This document shows positions 36,614 to 52,499 of a stretch of 64,000 nucleotides of DNA, in pieces (within the stretch, counting starts at the first letter, position 1; the number at the start of each line of letters is the position of its first letter). Origin of the DNA: an uncultured bacterium (GTDB lineage: Bacteria; Myxococcota_A; UBA9042; PHBI01); contig CALHXW010000039.1 of NCBI GenBank assembly GCA_938040325.1, positions 13,513 through 77,512 on the forward strand, in the 5' to 3' direction. The position numbers were made by a program, and so were the translations under genes. Below the pieces are notes generated by a model. It was not told where the DNA came from. It worked only from the letters and a program-made list of their open reading frames with translations, and did no database searches.

Positions 36614-38851
36614 GTGCGGTTGAAAAAGGTCAAGTGGGGCTGGCGTCCATCACTTTGGGCAAGCTGGAAGCCATTCGGGATCGGCGAGCAGCGACCGAAC
36701 AACTACCTCGAGTTCACCAAGGCGTTTCGCGCGACGAAGGGCAATCGGCGCTATGCGTGGCGGATCCTCAAGAAGGGTGTCTGCGACGGCTGCGCGCTCG
36801 GAACGACGGGGATGCGCGACTGGACGCGGGATGGCGTGCACCTGTGCAACATCCGCTTGCGCTTGCTCTCGCTCAACACGGCCAAGGCGTTCGATCCGAG
36901 CCTTCTTGCAGACGTCGAGCGCCTCCAGGACATGCGCAACGGTGAGCTCCAGGAGATGGGCCGGCTGCCGACGCCGATGATCCGGCGCCGCGGCGACAAG
37001 GGCTTCACGCCGGTGTCATGGGACGATGCGCTTAGCGTCCTTGCTGACCGGCTCCGCGGGGTCGAACCGCAGCGGCTGGCGTTCTACCTGACAAGCCGCG
37101 GTCTCCCGAACGAGACCTACTACAGTGCTCAGAAGGCCGTGCGCGGGCTTGGCTCCAACAACATCGACAACGCCGCGCGCATCTGCCACTCGCCGTCGAC
37201 GTCTGGGCTCAAGCGTGGGCTTGGCGTGGCCGCGACGACGTGCTCCTACACCGATTGGATCGGCACCGATCTGGTCGTCTTCTTCGGCTCGAACGTCGCC
37301 AACAATCAGCCAGTGGCGACGAAGTACCTATATGCGGCACGGAAAGCCGGCACCAAGGTCGCGATCGTCAACAGCTACCGAGAACCCGGGATGGAGCGCT
37401 ACTGGATCCCGTCGATCTCCGACAGCGCGCTCTTTGGGACGAAGCTTGCGACCGACTTCTTCCTCGTCAACATCGGCGGCGACATCGCGTTCATCATGGG
37501 GGCGCTCAAGCAGCTCATCGCAGACGACGCTGTGGACCAGGACTTCATTGCCAACAAGACGAACGGGTTCGAGGCGCTCAAAGCACGCGTCGAAGCGACG
37601 CCCTGGGAGACGCTTGAGAGCCTCAGCGGGGTCTCGCGCGAGGAGATGGCCGGGTTCGCTGGCCTCGTTGCTGAGGCCGAGCGCGCGGTGTTCGTGTGGA
37701 GCATGGGGATCACCCAGCACACGTTCGGCGAGGACGCGGTGAGCGCCATCATCAACCTAGCGCTGACCAAAGGCTTTGTGGGGCGTGAGGGCTGCGGCCT
37801 GATGCCCATCCGCGGACACTCGGGCGTCCAAGGAGGCGCCGAGATGGGCGCCTACGCGACCGCGCTCCCAGGCGGGCGGCCCGTGAACCCTGAGGCTGCG
37901 GCGGAGCTCGCTGAGAGCTGGGGCTTTGAGGTGCCGTCGTGGCCGGGGCTCACCGCACCACAGATGATGGATGCAGCAGACCGCGGGGACCTCGAGGCGC
38001 TCTGGTCGGTTGGCGGGAACTGGCTCGACGTCGTGCCAGAGCCAGGCTGGGCCAAGCGCGCGCTCGAGAACGTGCCGGTGCGTGTTCACCACGACATCGT
38101 GATTGGCCGGCAGATGCTGCTTGAGCCGACCGAGCTGACGGTCCTGCTTCCGGCGGTGACGCGCTACGAGATCGCCGAGGGCTGCACCGAGACATCCACC
38201 GAGCGTCGCATCATCTTCAGCCCCGAGATCAAAGGGCCGCGCATCCCAGATGCCCGCCATGAGGGCGAAGTCCTCTACGAGCTTGCGCGGCGCGTTCGCC
38301 CGGAGCTTGAGGACGCGCTGGCGTGGCCCGGGACGCCGCAGCTGCGCAAGGAGATCGAGCGCGATGTCTCGTTCTATGCGGGGATCGGCGAGCTCTCCAA
38401 GCAAGGCGACAACGTGCAGTACGGCGGGCCGCACCTCTGCGCAGACGGTGTCTTTCCGACGCCGACAGGGCGCGCAAGCTTCGCTGACGTGCCGCTGCCT
38501 GCGACAGGTGCGCCCGACGGACAGTTCGTTGTCACGACCCGACGCGGAAAGCAGTTCAACAGCATCATCCACGAAGACAAGGATGCGATCACAGGCGCGC
38601 GGCGAGACGCGGTGCTGATGTCCCAGGACGACGCGACGCGCCTTGGCCTTGCCGATGGGGACCCTGTGTCGCTGTCCAACAGCCTCGGGCGCTATGACGG
38701 TCGTGTGCGGATCGCTCGGGTTCGCCCTGGAAATCTTCAGGTCCACTGGCCCGAAGGCAACGTTCTCATCGCCCGCGATCGGCGCTCACCCAACGCTCAG
38801 ATCTTCGACTACAACGCTGTCGTCTCCGTCGAGCGGCGCGCTGCCACCTGA
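36614..38851 (+). CDS. Molybdopterin oxidoreductase, FdhF/YdeP family (formate-dehydrogenase-like alpha subunit). Cys, not Sec, at the active-site position
   Basis: Family-typical N-terminus (GVCDGCALGTTGMRDWT). Active-site region NAARICHSPSTSGL corresponds to the SVUHGPS region of FdhF but carries Cys. 745 aa. Confidence 0.85.
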   Translation: MRLKKVKWGWRPSLWASWKPFGIGEQRPNNYLEFTKAFRATKGNRRYAWRILKKGVCDGCALGTTGMRDWTRDGVHLCNIRLRLLSLNTAKAFDPSLLADVERLQDMRNGELQEMGRLPTPMIRRRGDKGFTPVSWDDALSVLADRLRGVEPQRLAFYLTSRGLPNETYYSAQKAVRGLGSNNIDNAARICHSPSTSGLKRGLGVAATTCSYTDWIGTDLVVFFGSNVANNQPVATKYLYAARKAGTKVAIVNSYREPGMERYWIPSISDSALFGTKLATDFFLVNIGGDIAFIMGALKQLIADDAVDQDFIANKTNGFEALKARVEATPWETLESLSGVSREEMAGFAGLVAEAERAVFVWSMGITQHTFGEDAVSAIINLALTKGFVGREGCGLMPIRGHSGVQGGAEMGAYATALPGGRPVNPEAAAELAESWGFEVPSWPGLTAPQMMDAADRGDLEALWSVGGNWLDVVPEPGWAKRALENVPVRVHHDIVIGRQMLLEPTELTVLLPAVTRYEIAEGCTETSTERRIIFSPEIKGPRIPDARHEGEVLYELARRVRPELEDALAWPGTPQLRKEIERDVSFYAGIGELSKQGDNVQYGGPHLCADGVFPTPTGRASFADVPLPATGAPDGQFVVTTRRGKQFNSIIHEDKDAITGARRDAVLMSQDDATRLGLADGDPVSLSNSLGRYDGRVRIARVRPGNLQVHWPEGNVLIARDRRSPNAQIFDYNAVVSVERRAAT

Positions 38852-38955
38852 TGGATCGCCGGGAGCATTTTGCCGGACCCGTGGGTTTCCCATAGAGTGC
38901 TGAGACGCACAGTTTTGGTGAGCGATGACGACAGCGTGGTCCGACGGGAGTTCCG

Positions 38956-39879
38956 GTGAGCAAGTTTCTGGTCAATGTGGTCGCAGGAGCCTTTGTGGTG
39001 GCCGCGCTGCTCACAACAGCGACGAGCGCGACGGCTGCGGAAGGGGCTGCTGACCGCGCCGAGCGCCTTGCGAGCGACGCTCGCGACAAATACAAAGCGG
39101 GCGACTTCGAGGGCGCTGTCGCGCTCTACATGGAAGCCTACGAGACAGCCTCGACCGCTGAGTTGCTCTACAACATCGCCTACATCTACGACAAAAAGCT
39201 CGGCGACAGTGAGCTTGCCCTCGACTACTACCGCCGCGTTCGGTCGGCGGAAGGTGTTGACGCAACGCTGCGGAAGAAGGCCTCGACGCGCATCGATGCG
39301 CTGGAGGAGCGCTTGGCACGTACCAAGCCCGACCCTGGCGGAGGGACGAACACGGGCGGTGGCAGCGGGAACTGGGGTCACCTGAGCCCGAGCGGCGGGG
39401 GCAATGCCAGCGCAGGCGGCGGGGGCAATGGCAGCGCAGGCGGCGGCGACAACGGAACGACGGGCGGGGGCAACACAACGGGCGGCGGCAACGCGACCGG
39501 CGGCGGCAACGTCTGGCAGGGCCATCGACCCGTACCGGGCGATGACGGCGGCGCAGGCGCAGGGGCGTGGATCTTGATCGGGACGGGCAGCGCGCTCTTG
39601 GCCGGCGGCGTCGTGTTTGCGGTGACTGCAAAGTCGACGCACGACGAGTTTCTTAGCGCTGCAAGCGCTTCTGAGAAGCGCGAGCTCAAAGAGTCCGGCG
39701 AGACGGAGGCGCTTGTCGGCGACATCCTCATGGGAGCCGGCGGCGTCGCGCTCATCACCGGCATCATCCTTGCGGCGTCGGCCGGGAGCAGCTCAAGGTC
39801 GAGCCAGTCGTCAAACTTCGAGCTACGCCCGGCGTTGATGCCTGGCGGAGCTGGGCTCGTGCTGGGAGGCAGCCTGTGA
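38956..39879 (+). CDS. Secreted membrane protein: one TPR-like motif, a Gly/Asn/Thr-rich low-complexity region and two C-terminal TM helices
   Basis: Signal peptide. TPR-like AYETASTAELLYNIAYIYDKKLGDSELALDYYRRV. GGGNxTGGGN repeats. TM segments WILIGTGSALLAGGVVFAV and GGVALITGIILAAS. Confidence 0.6.
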   Translation: MSKFLVNVVAGAFVVAALLTTATSATAAEGAADRAERLASDARDKYKAGDFEGAVALYMEAYETASTAELLYNIAYIYDKKLGDSELALDYYRRVRSAEGVDATLRKKASTRIDALEERLARTKPDPGGGTNTGGGSGNWGHLSPSGGGNASAGGGGNGSAGGGDNGTTGGGNTTGGGNATGGGNVWQGHRPVPGDDGGAGAGAWILIGTGSALLAGGVVFAVTAKSTHDEFLSAASASEKRELKESGETEALVGDILMGAGGVALITGIILAASAGSSSRSSQSSNFELRPALMPGGAGLVLGGSL

Positions 39880-41405
39880 GCGCACGCGGGATGGGCGCCT
39901 TCGCCTTCGTCTTTGCAGTGACCCTGGGAGGGTGCTCGTTCGCGCTCGACTTCCAGGAAGAGTGTTCGTCCGACAACGACTGCGCCAATCGCGGCGCGAG
40001 CTTTTTCTGCGACGCTGGGTTCTGTGAGCAACGCCAAGTCATCTCGGCGAGCGGTCCATGCACCAAGATCTACGGTGCCGACCCGCGCCAAGCGCTGCCA
40101 AACACGGTCTTTACGATCGGTATTGCCCTACCCAAGAGCGGTCTGCTCGCCGACGCTGGGCAGCGAATGGATGAGGCGGTCGCACTGGCCGTCAGCGAGA
40201 TGAATCAGCTCTCCGGTGTGCTGGGCGTCGCGCTCGCCGCCGTCTCATGCGACACCAAGACCACCAACGAGGGAGCGCTCGAGGCCGTCGACCACCTCGT
40301 GAACGTGGTCGGTGTCGACGCGATCATCGGCGCCGGTGCGAGCTCGTTCACCATCAACGCCTTCACGAACATCGCCGCTCCGGCCGGCGTGCTGATGATC
40401 TCGCCGTCAGCGACGTCGCCGGCGCTGACCGGGATTCCCGATCAGTCATTGCTTTGGCGTACCGTCGCAAGCGACGCGATCCAAGGGCTCGCGATTGCGC
40501 GCCTCATCGACCAAGTGCAGCTCGGCAAGGTGGCGGTGATCCACCAGAGCGATGCGTACGGCACGGGGCTCTCGATCGAGGTCAACAACCTCCTCTGCTC
40601 CGAGACGACGGCGTTCACCTGCGACAACGAGAACTTCAAGCTCTACAACTACCCGGTCGACGACCCGATCGTGCGCGACCAAGCGTTTGCGACGATCGTC
40701 ACTCAGCTCGTCTCATCGCCCCCGGACGTGATCGTGTTGATCGGGTTTCCGGCAGACGGCTCAGCCTTCATCAACCAGGCGTCGGCGGCTGGTGTAGCCC
40801 CTCAGTACATCCTGACCGATGGCCTGCGCGCACCCGCGTTGCTCGGTCAAGAAGAGGGCGTTGAGCCCATTAGCGACGTCAACATCCTGGAGTGCGTCGT
40901 CGGTACGAACCCTGCGTCGCCCTCGGGAGAGCTCTTTGAGACGTTCGAGGATCGCTGGCTTGGACAGTTTGCCCAGCCGCCTCATCCATTCTCAGCCAAC
41001 GCGTACGATGCAACGTACCTCCTCGCCTTTGCGCTTGCGGCGGCTCGCGGGGCCGGCGTCGATAGCCTCGACTCACTCCGCGGTCAGGACCTCGCTGCCG
41101 GACTCGCCCGCATGTCCAGCGGTGACCGTGTCGAGGTCGGCTTTCAGAACTTCACGAACGCGGTTCGAATCCTCAGCGAAAGTCCGACGTCGACGATCGA
41201 CGTCGTCGGCATCTCCGGACCGCTCGACTTCGACAGCACCACGGGCGAGGCCCCGTCCGGGATCGAGCTCTGGCGTTTCGCGCCGTCGGCGGGCGAAATT
41301 GTCAACCTCGGTGTCGTGTTGGACGACCAAAACGTGTATAAGGGAGGGGAGCTTGTGCCTTCGCAGCCCGCTGCGGAGTGCTTGGGTCGCCGCGAATGGC
41401 CCTGA
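39876..41405 (+). CDS. Periplasmic-binding-protein type I (Leu/Ile/Val-binding / ANF-receptor-like) lipoprotein with an N-terminal Cys-rich module
   Basis: Lipobox LGGC. PBP1-like alternating beta-alpha pattern (VFTIGIALPKSGLLA..., VDAIIGAGASS, VAVIHQSDAYG). 4-bp overlap with the upstream gene. 45 bp upstream of the kinase at 41450. Confidence 0.75.
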   Translation: MSARGMGAFAFVFAVTLGGCSFALDFQEECSSDNDCANRGASFFCDAGFCEQRQVISASGPCTKIYGADPRQALPNTVFTIGIALPKSGLLADAGQRMDEAVALAVSEMNQLSGVLGVALAAVSCDTKTTNEGALEAVDHLVNVVGVDAIIGAGASSFTINAFTNIAAPAGVLMISPSATSPALTGIPDQSLLWRTVASDAIQGLAIARLIDQVQLGKVAVIHQSDAYGTGLSIEVNNLLCSETTAFTCDNENFKLYNYPVDDPIVRDQAFATIVTQLVSSPPDVIVLIGFPADGSAFINQASAAGVAPQYILTDGLRAPALLGQEEGVEPISDVNILECVVGTNPASPSGELFETFEDRWLGQFAQPPHPFSANAYDATYLLAFALAAARGAGVDSLDSLRGQDLAAGLARMSSGDRVEVGFQNFTNAVRILSESPTSTIDVVGISGPLDFDSTTGEAPSGIELWRFAPSAGEIVNLGVVLDDQNVYKGGELVPSQPAAECLGRREWP

Positions 41406-41449
41406 CACGCTCGCGCTAGGTCGCACGCACACGAGGTCTTGCCCTCACG

Positions 41450-43525
<2,076 letters not shown>

Positions 43526-43816
43526 CAGCGTTGCCGGGAAATACGAAATCCGATGACTTTGCGATGCGCTCAACGGGTCTCAGGGGCGCAGCTCCTGTTG
43601 ACCTCGAGATCACCTTGTCCCGAGGTCAGGTCGATTCATCGGTGCGGCGACGTCTGACGTGACCCAAGACGCGAGGGTGCAGGACTGGCGACCCCACTGC
43701 AGCCCGCGGAACCCAGAAGCTCGCTGGACGCCGTTGGCGTCTCAAGCGGACCGCGTGCCGCTATTGTAGGCCTCGACGACCGATAGCCATTCGACGCTCA
43801 AGCTAGGTCACCCACT

Positions 43817-43849
43817 CATACTGGGTGGCGTTGTGAAACGGCCAACGCC
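43817..43849 (+). terminator. Hairpin GGCGTTG-tgaaacggc-CAACGCC followed by TCTGTTTGGG. Candidate intrinsic terminator or sRNA 3' end in the long convergent intergenic region
   Basis: Read directly. Preceded by a second hairpin CACCCA-ctcatac-TGGGTG at 43800-43820. Confidence 0.35.
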
Positions 43850-44061
43850 TCTGTTTGGGACGACGTGTCCCGGGTCGACCGCTCGCTCAGCTGTAGGCTT
43901 CCCGGAGCTCGCTCGGAGGCGTTGGAGGCCGCCCGGCGACGGGAGAGCTCTGTCTAGCCTCGGCGAGGCGATTCGGCGGTTGGCGGCTTAGACGAAAATG
44001 GTGCGTGCCCATGTTCCTGCTCGCGTGCAAGCGCTACGCAGCTGGCCGTGACGCACGGACG

Positions 44062-44095
44062 GCAAACAAAAGGGGCCGCACGTCTGTGCGGCCCC
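44062..44095 (-). terminator. Rho-independent terminator of the 44119-45639 gene: GGGGCCGCAC-agac-GTGCGGCCCC followed by TTTTGTTTG on the minus strand
   Basis: 10-bp GC-rich stem, 4-nt loop, U-tract. 23 nt downstream of the TAG stop. Confidence 0.7.
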
Positions 44096-44118
44096 TTCCT
44101 ACTCTTACGAGTTTGACG

Positions 44119-45639
44119 CTACTGCGGTCCGAGCTGCCCGTCGTCGAGCCAAGCTTGGATCAAGTCCTGCTCGGCTTGGGTGAGGCAGTTGGTGCTGTCG
44201 TCAGCCGCGGGGCTTCCGTCGCACGTGCCCAACGGGCGCGGCATCTCGCCCGCCTGGATGAGGACGAGCGCGTAGGAGCCAACGGTCTCGCCAGCCGTCG
44301 GGGCCGGGGTCAGCGCCGAGTCAGCGATGAGCTGCGAGTCAGCGTACGCCGCGTTCACGTCCGTCTGGCCGATCGAGTGACCGCCGCTGGAGCCAGCCGT
44401 GTGGCAGCCGCCGCAGTTGGCCATGAAGATGCCGTGGACCTGGTCGAAGGTGACCGGGGCCGGCGTGGTGTCCATGGGCATCGCCGTGTCGGTCGAGCCG
44501 GCATCCATCGCCTCGTCAGCAGGGGCCTCCGGCTCCGGCTCCGGACCAGGCTCGGGGCCCGGCTCGGCGACGTTCGGAACGTCGAAGGTGTAGTTGGAGC
44601 AGTCGAGCAGGAACTCGGAGGCAGGGTCTTCCTCGGTGAAGCCGCAGTAGTACCAAGCGTTGTCCGGGTCCCAGCCGCATCCGTCGCCGCCGCAGTCTTC
44701 CTCGATGATCTCGTTGTTGGCGCAGTAGTAGGTGGTGCTACCCGTGCAGCAGCCAACGATCGTCAGGTCGCCACAGGCGTTCGGGACGCACTCACGGTCG
44801 GCGTTGCAGAACTCGCCGTCGGCGCACTCGCCGCAGTTGCCGCCGCACTTGTCGGCGCAGTCTTCGCAGGCACCCTCAGCGCTGCACTCCTGGCCGGCAT
44901 CGCACGTGCCGCACTCTTGGCCGCAGTCGAAGCCGCAGGCCTGGTTCGAGCAAGCATCAGCGCAAGCCTCGCCGGGGCAGAGGTAGTCGAAGTTGCCAGA
45001 CGTGTCGGGCAGCTCCTCGTCGATGCACCAGAAGTAGCTCTCGGTGCCAAGCCAACCGCAGACGCCGCCAACATTGTTGGTGGGGCCGTCGGTGGGGCAG
45101 TCGAACGACTGGAGGACACCCTCTTCGTCGCACCAGGTGACAACGCCGTTGGCGCCGCAGCAGCCCTCGAAGGTGATGTCGCCGCAGCCGCCAGGCCCGC
45201 CAGCCGAGCACTCACCGGTCGCGGTGCAGATCTCGCCGTCGGGGCACTCACCGCAGCTGTTGCCGCAGGAGTCGCTACCGCACTGAGCCGTGCCGCAGTC
45301 GGGGAGCGTTGGTGAGCCGCCGCCACAGGTGCCGGCCTGGCACTGCTGGTCTTCAACGCATGCGTTGCCGGTGCTGCAGGCGGTGCCGTCAGCTGCGTTG
45401 GCAACCTCGCAGGCGCCCGACGTGGTGTTGCACGAAGCGACCTGGCACGGATTGGCGGGCTGGGTGCAGCTGGAGTCATCGGTGCAGCCAGTGGTGCCCG
45501 TGTCCGTGGAGCTGTCCGTGCCCGTGTTGGTGTCTTCGGTCGTGCCGTTGTCGGGGTTGTCGTTGGTGTCGTCATCACCGCAAGCAACCAACAGGCTACC
45601 TGCTGCGAGGACAGTGAAAAGCAAGCGTGTAGTACGCAA
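44119..45639 (-). CDS. Cys-rich-repeat lipoprotein (myxobacterial CxxC..C repeats) with a C-terminal cytochrome-c-like (CGGCH; PSCyt1-like) domain
   Basis: Lipobox LLVACG. About 8 repeats of CGxCxxGxxC type. C-terminal FDQVHGIFMANCGGCH...GEMPRP...LIQAWLDDG resembles the planctomycete-type cytochrome c domain. GC3-rich. Has the terminator above. Confidence 0.8.
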   Translation of the reverse strand: MRTTRLLFTVLAAGSLLVACGDDDTNDNPDNGTTEDTNTGTDSSTDTGTTGCTDDSSCTQPANPCQVASCNTTSGACEVANAADGTACSTGNACVEDQQCQAGTCGGGSPTLPDCGTAQCGSDSCGNSCGECPDGEICTATGECSAGGPGGCGDITFEGCCGANGVVTWCDEEGVLQSFDCPTDGPTNNVGGVCGWLGTESYFWCIDEELPDTSGNFDYLCPGEACADACSNQACGFDCGQECGTCDAGQECSAEGACEDCADKCGGNCGECADGEFCNADRECVPNACGDLTIVGCCTGSTTYYCANNEIIEEDCGGDGCGWDPDNAWYYCGFTEEDPASEFLLDCSNYTFDVPNVAEPGPEPGPEPEPEAPADEAMDAGSTDTAMPMDTTPAPVTFDQVHGIFMANCGGCHTAGSSGGHSIGQTDVNAAYADSQLIADSALTPAPTAGETVGSYALVLIQAGEMPRPLGTCDGSPAADDSTNCLTQAEQDLIQAWLDDGQLGPQ

Positions 45640-45952
45640 CGTCGGCTCCTGTGAGAGGTTGTCCGGTGAAAGTACCGGGCCGCCGAGGTGGCTGCAAGCA
45701 CCACGAGTCGACGGTCAAGGGGGGATGCCGAGATTCTGCGCGGTTGTCAATGCATTACCAACGGTTAACCCGCACGCTCGCTATGGTTTCCATCGATGCT
45801 GCCGACGCGGCGAGGGGCTCAAGCTCGTTTGTCGAGCCGCAAGCCGGTGCGATCCGCCGTCACGCCGCGAGTTGGAGCGCTCTGCGCCCGCGAAGCAGCG
45901 GTTCGGCAGGCTGGCTGGCGCGCGGCGTTGCTCCCGCCGGACGTTGGTATGG

Positions 45953-47164
45953 CTACACGCAGTGCTGATCGTCGCGTGGGCACTTGAAGCGGATGTGGAT
46001 GTGGTTGGAGTGGCCAGGCTCATGGCGGATCAGGCCGCGCATTGCGCGCTTGCCGCGCGGGTACTGGAACATCCGCTCGAGCAGATAGGCGTCTTCACCG
46101 CGCTTTTTCGCCCAGTTGTAGAATCGCTTCTGCACGTCGTAGCTGATGAACATGTAGTCGACACGCGACTCGGCATCGCTCGAGCCCGCCAGCGCTTTCA
46201 AGAACGTCCACGTCGTCTCAAAGTCAACGGGATGGCGGCTCGTTCGATAGAAAGCACGAGGCCCCTGGCGCGACAGGTTCTTGAAGTAGAAGCCGACGTC
46301 CGCGTCCCGGCCGTTCTGGTGGGAGACATGTTTGGCGAGCTTGCCGCCATGCTCGGCGCTGAGGTCCCCAATCGCGAGGTCATGAGCGTTGGGGTGGTAG
46401 CTGCGGACCACATCGATGGCATCGAGAAGCGCATCGATGGTCTCGGCCGTGCCCCACGAACGCTCTGGGCGCCGTCGGTAGTAGCCGGGGCCCGTGGGCA
46501 TCTGGACGCCGTTGACCAGCTTTCCGGCTTGGGGCTTACCTTCGGCCTCAGAGTGGCTGTAGGTAGACTCTTGCAGGATGGTCAGCTGGTCGCCGATCCG
46601 AAGCCTGGTCGACTTCTTCTTCGGATTCCACTTCTTGAGCTGCTCGAGCGTGACACCGTGGGCGCGAGCGATGCGCGTGAGGTTGTCGCCAGCACTGATG
46701 CGGTAGAGCAGCTTCGTCTTCGGCTTCACCCGTCGGGTCGGCTGAAGCTGTAGGTGGTCGCCCGCCTTCATCGACCACTTGCTCTTGTAGCGCCGGCCGC
46801 GCTTGCGGCGCCGCTTGAGCTGCGGGTTCATCTCTTTGACGTGGGCAATGGTGACGCCGTAGGTCTCACAGATGCTGGCCAGGGTGTCTCCGCCCTCGAC
46901 CGTGTGGTGGATCACCGGGAGGTGACCTTCGCCGGTGATCACTGGCGGTGCAGCCCCGCAGATTCTGGGGATTGTCAGCTTTTGCTTGAGCCTGACGAGG
47001 TCGCGCGTGAGACCGTTCGCCTGACGGATTGCGTCCACAGTGCAGTCAAAGCGCTTGGCAATCTTGGTGAGGTTATCGCCTCGCTTGACGACGTACGTCT
47101 CGGCCTGGGCGTCACCAGCAACAAGGCCGGTGGCGATCAGCGCCATACATAGCCACTTGAACAT
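45953..47164 (-). CDS. Secreted murein endopeptidase: three LysM domains plus a C-terminal penicillin-insensitive murein endopeptidase (MepA / peptidase M74-like) domain
   Basis: Signal peptide MFKWLCMALIATGLVAGDAQA. Three LysM units (YVVKRGDNLTKIAKRF, HTVEGGDTLASICETYG, YRISAGDNLTRIARAHG). MepA-like motifs HVSHQNGRDADVGFYF and GHSNHIHIRF. Confidence 0.8.
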   Translation of the reverse strand: MFKWLCMALIATGLVAGDAQAETYVVKRGDNLTKIAKRFDCTVDAIRQANGLTRDLVRLKQKLTIPRICGAAPPVITGEGHLPVIHHTVEGGDTLASICETYGVTIAHVKEMNPQLKRRRKRGRRYKSKWSMKAGDHLQLQPTRRVKPKTKLLYRISAGDNLTRIARAHGVTLEQLKKWNPKKKSTRLRIGDQLTILQESTYSHSEAEGKPQAGKLVNGVQMPTGPGYYRRRPERSWGTAETIDALLDAIDVVRSYHPNAHDLAIGDLSAEHGGKLAKHVSHQNGRDADVGFYFKNLSRQGPRAFYRTSRHPVDFETTWTFLKALAGSSDAESRVDYMFISYDVQKRFYNWAKKRGEDAYLLERMFQYPRGKRAMRGLIRHEPGHSNHIHIRFKCPRDDQHCV

Positions 47165-47520
47165 GTCCGTATCCTTCGTTCGTGCCCGCGTTTGAGCGAA
47201 CTGGCATAGGGGACCCGACATTCCCTTCGCCGCCGTCAGATTCCACACCGGTCGGCCGATTGTCCACTTTCGAACCTTGGACTTGTAAGGCTCACGTCGA
47301 GTCGTGAGGGTCCCCCCGGTTCAAGTGCCTGTCTAAGTGGCCGCAAATGGTCTCGGTTTTCCGCTGGCTAGCCACTTGGCGTTGAGCAAGTAGCCAGTGC
47401 ACGTGTCGCATCGATTCGTCTGGATGTGACTGTTAAGCCACTTTACATGGCCGCTGTGACTCATTAGCGTGGCGGCTATGTCCGTCCGTCCATCCGCCCG
47501 CACGCGCCGCGAGACCTGAG

Positions 47521-52422
<4,902 letters not shown>

Positions 52423-52499
52423 ACGGCAGCGCCGGAATGCGACGCCATCGCGATGCCGTTAGTCCGCTGAGTGTCCGCGGAGACGCCGGAGTCGTTCAG

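Noticed and set aside
37170-37210. Possible selenocysteine in the FdhF/YdeP-like molybdoenzyme
   Set aside because: The active-site position is encoded as Cys (ICHSPS) in a continuous ORF. There is no in-frame TGA.
43600-43640. SRP (4.5S) RNA domain IV-like string GAGGTCAGGTCGA
   Set aside because: Only the GUCAGGUC core matches. The flanking GGAAGGAAGCAGC and helix 8 pairing are absent.
44005-45315. 436-aa plus-strand ORF (and the 44355-44756 and 44763-45704 ORFs) overlapping the Cys-rich lipoprotein gene
   Set aside because: They are antisense or out of frame to a gene with a clear lipobox, Cys repeats and a terminator. Their translations are Ala/Arg/Gly low-complexity, typical of spurious ORFs in roughly 70% GC DNA.
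47249-47520. Sigma-54 promoter upstream of the kinase-EBP gene (TGGCtagccacTTGGCgttgagca)
   Set aside because: The GG/GC spacing does not fit the -24/-12 consensus.
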